A DNA stretch of 64,000 nucleotides. Source: an uncultured Gammaproteobacteria bacterium. Its GTDB lineage: Bacteria > Patescibacteriota > Patescibacteriia > Magasanikbacterales > GWA2-37-8. The stretch is taken from assembly GCA_964634875.1 (NCBI GenBank), contig CAZWKA010000001.1, positions 101,600-165,599 of the forward strand, in the 5' to 3' direction. Below, piece after piece: positions 55,247 through 62,968 of this stretch (position 1 is its first letter; each line of letters opens with the position of its first letter). The translations under genes were made by a program, and so were the position numbers. The notes under the pieces were generated by a model that worked only from the letters and a program-made list of their open reading frames with translations, was not told where the DNA came from and searched no databases.

Positions 55247-56752
55247 TTATTTTTTATCTTTACTTTTTGGCAAAATAAATTTAAGCCAATTGCTGAGTGA
55301 AGTATTTTTAAGTCCGCTCTTGATTTGTCCCTTTGCCAGGTGTGTCTTCACCGACTTCAGCCAGTCCGGGGAAGGTCCTTTACGGTTTTTATCTGTGATA
55401 ATTTCGACGACGTCGCCACTTTTGAGGCAGTCGCTCAGTGAGACTAACTGATCGTTGACGCGTGCGCCGCTGCACTTATTGCCGATCTCACTATGAATAT
55501 GGTAGGCAAAATCAACGGGTGTGGCATTCTCGGGCAGGTCAATGACGTCACCCTGAGGTGTAAAGACAAAAATATGATTTTGAAAAAAATCCACCTTAAG
55601 CTCTTCGAGGTCAGATTCTTTAACTAAAATTTCTTTTTGAATGCGTGCCAGTTCCTTGGCCCACGCAATATCTTTTTGTGGCAGCCGGGCACCTTGTTCA
55701 TCGTACAGCCAATGCGCGGCCACACCAAATTCTGCTTCGTCGTGCATGGCTCTTGTACGGATCTGGAATTCCACGATTTTTCCGCCCTCGCAAAACACCG
55801 TCGTATGGAGCGACTTATAGCCGTTGGGTTTCGGCTGGGCAATATAATCTTTGATGCGACCCTTGAGTGGGCGCCATAGTTTGTGGATGATGCCAAGTGT
55901 GGCATAGCAGTCGCCAACGTTGCCGACAATAATCCGAAGTGCCACGATGTCGTAAATTTTATCAGTCTGCCAATCCTTTTTCAGTAGTTTTTGGTAGAGG
56001 CTATATAATTGTTTTTTACGCCCATGCGTCTCGAGCAACTTCACATCAGCCTTCAGAAGTTCTGTCCTGATCTGAGCCATTACTTTTTCGACATAGGGTT
56101 CTTCATCACTAAAAACACGGTCGCGCAGGGCAACGGTGCGTTCGTATTCTTTGGGGTAGACATACCGGAACGACAAATCTTCGAGCATCCCTTTGAATTC
56201 ACCCATACCCAGGCGGTGGGCGATTGGGGCGTAAATTTCCAGACTTTCAAGCGCAATACGATAACGCTTTTTTTCGGGCAGTGAATCGAGGGTGGACAGG
56301 TTGTGTACGCGGTCGGCGAATTTGATGATCATGACCCGCACGTCTTCGGCCATGGCCACGAACATTTTGCGCAGGTTCTCGATGTAGCGTTCCACGCCGC
56401 GGTACTTCAGTTTACCCAATTTAGTGATCCCTTCGATCATTTTGGCAATATCCGCGCCAAAGTTTTTTTCAATTTCAGCCAAGGTTACCGGGGTATCTTC
56501 GGGTACGTCGTGGAGCAAAGTTGCCAAAATAATACTTGGATCCATCCGCATTTTTGACAAGATATACGCTGCCGAAAGCGGGTGGATAATGTAGGGTTCC
56601 CCGGTTTTTCGGAATTGTCCTTCGTGTGCCTTGGCCGCAAAATCATACACTAAACGCACCAAAACAGAATCTGTTGTCGGGTGGTAGGATTTAATTTCCC
56701 GGATGAGGTGGTCAACCGTAAGGTCTGGGGGAATAATGATTTTATGGCTCAT
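55247..56752 (-). CDS. rel: bifunctional (p)ppGpp synthetase/hydrolase Rel/SpoT homolog (HD + synthetase + TGS; no C-terminal ACT/RRM)
   Basis: 501 aa. HD hydrolase motif (HDVPEDT), synthetase domain (DIVALRIIV ... GYKSLHTTV), and TGS (IFVFTPQGDVIDLPENATPVDFAYHIHSEIG). Confidence 0.88.
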   Translation of the reverse strand: MSHKIIIPPDLTVDHLIREIKSYHPTTDSVLVRLVYDFAAKAHEGQFRKTGEPYIIHPLSAAYILSKMRMDPSIILATLLHDVPEDTPVTLAEIEKNFGADIAKMIEGITKLGKLKYRGVERYIENLRKMFVAMAEDVRVMIIKFADRVHNLSTLDSLPEKKRYRIALESLEIYAPIAHRLGMGEFKGMLEDLSFRYVYPKEYERTVALRDRVFSDEEPYVEKVMAQIRTELLKADVKLLETHGRKKQLYSLYQKLLKKDWQTDKIYDIVALRIIVGNVGDCYATLGIIHKLWRPLKGRIKDYIAQPKPNGYKSLHTTVFCEGGKIVEFQIRTRAMHDEAEFGVAAHWLYDEQGARLPQKDIAWAKELARIQKEILVKESDLEELKVDFFQNHIFVFTPQGDVIDLPENATPVDFAYHIHSEIGNKCSGARVNDQLVSLSDCLKSGDVVEIITDKNRKGPSPDWLKSVKTHLAKGQIKSGLKNTSLSNWLKFILPKSKDKK

Positions 56753-56853
56753 GGTATGGTCATAAGTTAGTAAGTAGTAAGTTTATAAGTATTTTAAAAC
56801 TTTTAAAATTACTGCTTACGGCTAGTACGTTACCTTAGCATTCTAGAGAGGTC

Positions 56854-57111
56854 TTGACAAGAAGCGAAAAATGTGCTATACTGTACTTGTGATACTAAGT
56901 TCAAAACTTTAGCGCCAACACACCACCTTTGTTAGTAATAACAGAGGTGATGCTGTTTTTAAGGGCTTTTTAGGCCTAAAAGCTTGCTTTTTAAACAGTT
57001 TTGTGCTAGACTGGCTTTCGTAGGCTCTCTACAGGGCCTTAGTATCACCATTGGCATCAAGGTTTTCCTTAGAGGCCTACTAAAAAATCCCTGGTAACAG
57101 GGATTTTTTAG
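56854..57111 (+). ncRNA. candidate structured ncRNA (6S-like closing stem) from a consensus promoter to an intrinsic terminator
   Basis: TTGACA (56854-56859) + 17 + TATACT (56877-56882). GTGATACTAAG (56889-56899) is perfectly complementary to CTTAGTATCAC (57038-57048), closing a ~140-nt internally structured region. Terminator AAAAAATCCCTGGTAACAGGGATTTTTTA (57083-57111). No ORF. Confidence 0.4.
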
Positions 57112-57225
57112 TTTGTATTTTTTTCTTCAGAGAAGTACCGAAATTATTTCAGTTATTCATTTGAAGGGCCGGACGCTTGGGGAAGCGTCGCGGCCGGGTA
57201 GTTCCTGGGTGCAGGAACTGGGGGG

Positions 57226-57756
57226 CTAGTGGGGCTTGAGGGCAAGGTTCTGGGTGGCCGGCACCCGTCCCTCGCGGCCGTAGAAGTCGGGGCGCTCCTG
57301 GTCGCCGTAGCGGCGGCGCACGGGCATGTCGACGGGGGCGTGGTCACACTCCCGGGCCGGCGGCGTCTTGCGCGGGGTCTGGGGCGGCGGGGTGTCGAAG
57401 ACGACCTTGCCGTTCTCAATGCGGAAGTGGTACTGGGCCTGGCCGTGATAGGCGAAGAAGTGCCGCCCATCCGGGATCATGCGTGCCGTCGCCACACGCT
57501 GCGCCTTGTTGAGCGCGAGCTGGTGGGTGTGGCAGAGGCTGGACTCCTCACACGGCGTGCCATCCGACCAGATGCCGGGGCAGCGCTCGGGCGTCGCCTC
57601 GTCGTTGGCGAGGCGGACGAAGCGCCCGCCATCGTCCATCTTCACTATGTACCAGTGACCCTGGAACCAGAACCGCTTGCCGGCCCGGAAGTTGAGGCTG
57701 CGGGCGTGCCGGAAGGCAAGGTCGATGTCAGGCTGACTGTGGGGCTTGACGAGCAT
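57226..57756 (-). CDS. GC-rich hypothetical protein (no signal peptide)
   Basis: 176 aa with high GC3. Cys/His-containing (CPGIWSDGTPCEESSLCHTHQ). No match to a known motif. Confidence 0.4.
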   Translation of the reverse strand: MLVKPHSQPDIDLAFRHARSLNFRAGKRFWFQGHWYIVKMDDGGRFVRLANDEATPERCPGIWSDGTPCEESSLCHTHQLALNKAQRVATARMIPDGRHFFAYHGQAQYHFRIENGKVVFDTPPPQTPRKTPPARECDHAPVDMPVRRRYGDQERPDFYGREGRVPATQNLALKPH

Positions 57757-57806
57757 GGGAATCCTCCTCAGTGTACGTGGGTGCTGGCCCTGGGGAACCA
57801 GCTTGA

Positions 57807-57861
57807 ATCGGCGTGATTATGACCTAGTATGGACAGGATACTAGGTCATAATCACGCCGAT
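57807..57861. repeat. perfect 24-bp inverted repeat with 7-nt loop at the edge of a GC-rich segment
   Basis: ATCGGCGTGATTATGACCTAGTAT GGACAGG ATACTAGGTCATAATCACGCCGAT. Confidence 0.75.
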
Positions 57862-58001
57862 TGGCAGGCAAACCAAGGAATATTGTTAAAAAGAACAACT
57901 ATGCAGTATAGCCCAAAAACCGGTTTTTGTCAATAAGCGCCCCCCCCCAGAATAAAAAACAGCCCTAGGGAAGGGCTGTTTTAGAAAATGAGTGGGGCAG
58001 G

Positions 58002-60242
58002 TTACGGCGCATCAGCCGCGTCCGAAGCTTCTTTTTTATACTTGCATTCTTTGCTGCTGCATTTGATAACGCCTTTGGCAGCGTACACAAGTGGGTCGCC
58101 GGAGTCTGGGCACATTTCGCCGGTTGGTTTTTCCCACAGGGCAAATTCGCAAGCGGGGTATTTGTTGCAGGCAAAAAAGAGTTTACCGCGCTTACTTTTT
58201 TTCTGTATAATATCTCCCTCTTTGCATTTTGGACACTTGAGATTGGTTTTAATTTCAATTGATTTAAGATGTTTGCAGTCTGGATATCCGGTGCACCCCA
58301 GGAATTTACCAAACCGTCCGTGCTTAATCTGCATCGGCTTGCCGCATTTCTCACAAATTTCGTTTGTTGTTTCCGCTGGGGCAGGGGTTTCGCCGTCGTT
58401 CGCCAGTGGTTTGGTGTTTTTGCAGTCCGGGTAACCAGTGCAAGCTAAAAATTTACCAAAGCGCCCTCGTTTGATGATCATGGGCTTGCCACACTTCTCG
58501 CAGACTTCGTCTGTGGTTTCTTCGGTCAGTTTTTTCTTGTCGATCTCAGCATCTTTAGCATCCAAATTTTCTTTGAACGGGTGGTAAAAAACCGAAATAA
58601 TCGGCTGCCATTCTTTGGTACCTTCGGCGATCTCGTCGAGGTTTTCTTCCATTTGGGCAGTAAACTGGAAATCCACGATCTGGGGAAAGTGCTCCACCAG
58701 CAAATCATTTACCAGGTAGGCAATATCTTTGGGCTGCAGCTTTTTTTGTTCATTACGCTCCACGTAACCGCGGTCTTCGATCGTGGCAATCGTTGGGGCG
58801 TAGGTGCTCGGGCGGCCGATACCAAACTCTTCGAGCGCTTTAACCAGGGTCGCATCTGAATAGCGGGCGGGCGGTTCCGTAAAATGTTGTTCTGGTTTTA
58901 TTTCTTCAGCCGTAGCCGTGTCGCCAACATTCACTGTGGGCAGCAAATTTTCTTTGGTTTTTTCTGGGTAGAGTTTTAAGAAGCCATCAAAGGTAATCGT
59001 TTGGCCGGTCGCATGGAAGACATAGTTATTTTTGCTTTCTACGTCAATCGCGACCGAATTGAGTTCGGCATCAGCCATCTGAGTGGCCACCGCACGGCGC
59101 CAAATTAAGCCGTACAATTTGGCTTGGTTTTTTTCGAGGAACGGTTCGACCGTCTCGGGAGTACGGAGAGCCTCGGTCGGCCTTATTGCTTCATGTGCTT
59201 CTTGGGCATTTTTATTCTTGTTCTTAAATTTCCGCGGTTCGACGAGTTGATATTTTTTACCAAATGATTCGCCGATTACGGCCTGAGCCTCACCCAAAAA
59301 TTTGTCTGACAAATTAACGGCGTCAGTACGCATGTAGGTGATAAGACCAACCTGGCCTTCGCTACCAATTTCGACACCTTCGTACAATTGCTGAGCAAGA
59401 CGCATAGTTTGCTTGGCCGAAAAGCCGAGGGTGTTGTTGGCCTCCTGTTGCAGGGTCGAGGTGGTAAAGGGTGGTGGGGGAGTGCGTTTGGTTTTTTTCT
59501 GATCAATGTCCTTGATGGTGTAGGTTGTGCCTTCCAAGTCTTTAAGAATTCCGTCGACCTGTTCTTTATTTTTTAAATCCAGCTTATCAATTTTTTTATT
59601 TTTGATCGCATTCAATTTTGCTTCAAAAGTTTCTTTGTTACACGCAAACACGCCTTCAATTGACCAGTATTCTTCCGGTTTAAAGTTTTGAATCTCGCGT
59701 TCGCGTTCAACTACCAGGCGTACGGCCACTGACTGGACGCGTCCGGCTGATAAGCCGCGGGCGATTTTGCGCCACAAAAATGGTGAGAGGTTATACCCAA
59801 CCAAACGGTCCAGAACGCGCCGGGCTTGCTGGGCATCAACGAGCTTGAGGTCGAGGTGGCGCGGGTTTTCAATCGCGTGCTCAATAGCGGCTTTGGTAAT
59901 TTCATGGAAGGTGATCCGATCCGCTTTTTCTGGTTTAATATCGAGGATGTGGGCGAGGTGAAAAGAAATCGCCTCTCCTTCACGGTCCTCATCAGTTGCA
60001 AACAAGACGTGGTCAGCTTTTTTCGCTGCATCCTTGAGCTCCTTTACGACCGCTGCTTTGTCTTTGCTCACGATATACTGTGGTTCAAAGCCATGTTCAA
60101 TATCAACGCCGAGCTTTGATTTAGGCAGGTCGCGCACATGGCCAAAAGAAGACAAGACTTTGTAGTTCTTGCCCAGGAATTTGCTAATAGTTTTGGCTTT
60201 GGTGGGGGACTCTACGATGACCAAGGTCTTCATAGTTTGCAT
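58002..60242 (-). CDS. topA: DNA topoisomerase I with three C-terminal C4 zinc ribbons
   Basis: 746 aa. Toprim N-terminus (KTLVIVESPTKAKTI), active-site Tyr region, and three CxxC ... CxxC repeats (CEKCGKPM ... CTGYPDC). Confidence 0.95.
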   Translation of the reverse strand: MQTMKTLVIVESPTKAKTISKFLGKNYKVLSSFGHVRDLPKSKLGVDIEHGFEPQYIVSKDKAAVVKELKDAAKKADHVLFATDEDREGEAISFHLAHILDIKPEKADRITFHEITKAAIEHAIENPRHLDLKLVDAQQARRVLDRLVGYNLSPFLWRKIARGLSAGRVQSVAVRLVVEREREIQNFKPEEYWSIEGVFACNKETFEAKLNAIKNKKIDKLDLKNKEQVDGILKDLEGTTYTIKDIDQKKTKRTPPPPFTTSTLQQEANNTLGFSAKQTMRLAQQLYEGVEIGSEGQVGLITYMRTDAVNLSDKFLGEAQAVIGESFGKKYQLVEPRKFKNKNKNAQEAHEAIRPTEALRTPETVEPFLEKNQAKLYGLIWRRAVATQMADAELNSVAIDVESKNNYVFHATGQTITFDGFLKLYPEKTKENLLPTVNVGDTATAEEIKPEQHFTEPPARYSDATLVKALEEFGIGRPSTYAPTIATIEDRGYVERNEQKKLQPKDIAYLVNDLLVEHFPQIVDFQFTAQMEENLDEIAEGTKEWQPIISVFYHPFKENLDAKDAEIDKKKLTEETTDEVCEKCGKPMIIKRGRFGKFLACTGYPDCKNTKPLANDGETPAPAETTNEICEKCGKPMQIKHGRFGKFLGCTGYPDCKHLKSIEIKTNLKCPKCKEGDIIQKKSKRGKLFFACNKYPACEFALWEKPTGEMCPDSGDPLVYAAKGVIKCSSKECKYKKEASDAADAP

Positions 60243-60321
60243 ATAAACATTCAGAGTGTATGGTTTTTTGACGGTTTTGTCAATTGTTGTATACTAATTG
60301 TATTCATGCTAATCATTTTTT

Positions 60322-61101
60322 ATGTTAACTGAAAGTCAAAAAAAGAACCTGGGTGTAGCCGCAGTTATTATCGTTGTCCTTGCTGGTGTCGGTCTTCTTG
60401 CCTATAACATTAAGCGTGGGAGTGGCCCCGAAGAGCGCGAGTTTATAGTTGCGCCATCTCCGGTACCGGAAGCCGAGATAGTAACCGTGCGCACCGAAAA
60501 TAACAATCTTTTTGTTTTTGAGCGTGCCGGTGCCGCCATTGGCGAGCTGCTGGTTACCCCAGAAATGAAAACGATGACCCTCCTGCGGCAGGTTGGGGAC
60601 TTTGCCTATTTTAAAACGTTTCCTGAGGGCGGGGACGGGTATCTGCTTTTTAACTCAAGCGCACCACAACTTGTGCGTATCGATAGTCGTGACGGTGCGA
60701 TTACTACCATCAAGAAGGATGGTCGGCGGATTGAGGATATTTCCCCCAACGGCCAATTTATCGCCTGGACTGAATATAAAGAGAATGGCGACAAGAGTAT
60801 CGTTGTTGAAGATGTCGTAGCAAAAAGCGAACAATCTTTTCCTGTTGAAAAAAAATATTCCCAATTTGGTGATGCTCATTTCTCGAGCGACAGTACCCAG
60901 CTTGCCTATGCTGCGGCCATCGGTTTTCCTGGCAAAGAGAACGGTGTTGTCTATGTTATTAATTTGAAAGATGCCACTACCAAGGTAAACGCTTCGACAG
61001 GACAAGGGAATACCTACTACCGTGTACGTGGTTGGCGCGACAACGGCGATGTTGATTCTGTTGTACAATCGGGTGATTCGACTGATTTTAAGATGAAATA
61101 A
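60322..61101 (+). CDS. N-terminally anchored hypothetical protein with TolB/PD40-like beta-propeller repeats
   Basis: 259 aa with an N-terminal transmembrane helix. DISPNGQFIAWTEY and FSSDSTQLAYAA resemble PD40 repeats. Confidence 0.45.
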   Translation: MLTESQKKNLGVAAVIIVVLAGVGLLAYNIKRGSGPEEREFIVAPSPVPEAEIVTVRTENNNLFVFERAGAAIGELLVTPEMKTMTLLRQVGDFAYFKTFPEGGDGYLLFNSSAPQLVRIDSRDGAITTIKKDGRRIEDISPNGQFIAWTEYKENGDKSIVVEDVVAKSEQSFPVEKKYSQFGDAHFSSDSTQLAYAAAIGFPGKENGVVYVINLKDATTKVNASTGQGNTYYRVRGWRDNGDVDSVVQSGDSTDFKMK

Positions 61102-61191
61102 TTTTAAACAGCTAAATGCGGAAAAAGACCTGCTTGCAAGCGCGAGCAGGTCCAGTTTCCTAAAATTTTCTCTCCAGGAAGTTTGAGTAAA

Positions 61192-62277
61192 CTAAAGGAT
61201 AATATACATCATCCCACCCACATTTTTAACGAGACCCTTCATTTCCATTAGTACTAAACTGCCGTTCACCGCTTGACTCGGGAGAGCGGTATTTTTTATG
61301 ATGAGGTCAATGTGAGTCGGTTCGTGCGAAAGTACTTGTACAATCGCAGCTTCCACGGGAGAGTCGGGCAGCGGTCGTTGTTTATTGGGAATGGGGTTGC
61401 TCAGGTGTTTGAGCTGCAGTGCTTCGATAATATCTGTTCCCTTGGTAACAAGTAGTGCGCCTTGGGCAATGAGTTTGTTACATCCTTCACCATTGATGTT
61501 CATTAAGGCGTGGGGCACTGCAAAGACATCGCGGTTATAATCAAGTGCGGCACGGGCAGTGATAAGCGCACCAGATTCGAGCGGCGCTTCGATAACAAGC
61601 GTGCCGAGCGTCAATCCGGCAATAATCCGGTTGCGAGCGGGGAACGAGTATGCTGTCGGTGCAAAACCAGGTGGGTATTCCGAAACCACTGCCCCACCAC
61701 ATTCAATAATTCGTTCGGCCAGACGCTGGTGTATTGTTGGTGTAATGTTTTCTTTATTCACACCTGAGCCAAGCACAGCAATAGTTGGAGCCTTGGCTCG
61801 GAGCACGGCTTCATGAGCAACACCATCAATCCCGAGCGCTAGTCCGCTCACTACCACGACGCCTTGTTCGGCTAGTTCGCGCGCCAATTGTTCGCAGACT
61901 TGTTTGCCGTAACCGGTTGCTTTGCGTGTGCCGACTATTGCGACTGCCGGAGAGCGGTCGAGAGAAGTCAGGCTGCCGCGGATAAACAGTGTATGCGGCG
62001 GATCGTTGATCTCACCGAGGAGTTTGGGGTAGGCGGCTTGCCCGATTGAGACGGTGCTAATACCTTCTTTTTCAAGCGTCTGAAAAATCTTTTCACTGTC
62101 TGTCGCTTCACGCCAGCGGATAAATTCGTCAGCGATAGCGGCGTCAAGTCCGGCAGCAGTTATTTCTTCGAGTTCAGCTTCCCAAAGGCTGGCAAGGTTT
62201 AAAAAACGCGCTGTTAATTTTTTATAGCGCGGGTACGTGATTTTAGGAAAATGCGCCAAGAGGGCGTGATAGTCCAT
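61192..62277 (-). CDS. dprA: DNA-processing protein DprA/Smf
   Basis: 361 aa. Rossmann-like core IVGTRKATGYGKQVCEQLARELAEQGVVVVSGLALGIDGVAHEAVL. Confidence 0.85.
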   Translation of the reverse strand: MDYHALLAHFPKITYPRYKKLTARFLNLASLWEAELEEITAAGLDAAIADEFIRWREATDSEKIFQTLEKEGISTVSIGQAAYPKLLGEINDPPHTLFIRGSLTSLDRSPAVAIVGTRKATGYGKQVCEQLARELAEQGVVVVSGLALGIDGVAHEAVLRAKAPTIAVLGSGVNKENITPTIHQRLAERIIECGGAVVSEYPPGFAPTAYSFPARNRIIAGLTLGTLVIEAPLESGALITARAALDYNRDVFAVPHALMNINGEGCNKLIAQGALLVTKGTDIIEALQLKHLSNPIPNKQRPLPDSPVEAAIVQVLSHEPTHIDLIIKNTALPSQAVNGSLVLMEMKGLVKNVGGMMYIIL

Positions 62278-62298
62278 GGAATTATAATGTCCAGGTAC

Positions 62299-62820
62299 TT
62301 AGAGTATTTTTTTAAGTTCCAAAAGCGCCCGTTCGGTTGCCTCGTGCAGTTGTGCCAGCTCTTCTTTGGCAAATTTGCCCAAAACAAATTCCGCCGTATC
62401 CTCGATTGGGTATTCCATGGTGGCAACACCGATCCGGATCCGCCAAAAATCTTTGGTACCCAGGTGCTCAATTATTGAAGCGACGCCGTTGTGCCCGGCC
62501 GCTCCGCGGTCTTTCTGAACCCGGAATTTACCGAGCGGAATATCTTTGTCGTCGTGCACGACGACAACTTTGGCTGGGGACAACTTATAAAAATCAACCA
62601 GGGCGCGAGTGCTCAGACCTGATTCGTTCATGAATGTTTGCGGTTTCGCCGCAATTACTTTTTGGCCGTCAATTTCGAGTGTAGCAATTTCGGCCTGAAA
62701 TTTTTTTTGCAGCATGAACTCAGTAGTGCCTGCCAAGAGGTCAAGCGCCATAAAACCAGCATTGTGGCGGGTTCGTTCGTATTGTTTCCCGGGGTTACCA
62801 AGTCCAATAATAAGTTTCAT
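62299..62820 (-). CDS. pth: peptidyl-tRNA hydrolase
   Basis: Start set at ATG 62820 (MKLIIGLGNPGKQYERTRHNAGF). The track start at 62856 would overlap the family A repeat. Confidence 0.92.
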   Translation of the reverse strand: MKLIIGLGNPGKQYERTRHNAGFMALDLLAGTTEFMLQKKFQAEIATLEIDGQKVIAAKPQTFMNESGLSTRALVDFYKLSPAKVVVVHDDKDIPLGKFRVQKDRGAAGHNGVASIIEHLGTKDFWRIRIGVATMEYPIEDTAEFVLGKFAKEELAQLHEATERALLELKKIL

Positions 62821-62851
62821 ATGTTCATTGTAGCACGTACCTACAAACACT

Positions 62852-62945
62852 GTCATTCCCGCGTAAGGGGATACAGGGTGCGTAGTATATAGCTTGCTTG
62901 CTGGGATTCCTGCCTGTCCGGTAGGCAGGCCTACGCGGAAATGAC
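62852..62945. repeat. palindromic intergenic repeat, family A copy 4 (GTCATTCCCGCG ... CGCGGAAATGAC)
   Basis: The inverted termini match the family A consensus. Between pth and der. Confidence 0.6.
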
Positions 62946-62968
62946 AGGTGAGCGCCGGGCTCTGCCAT

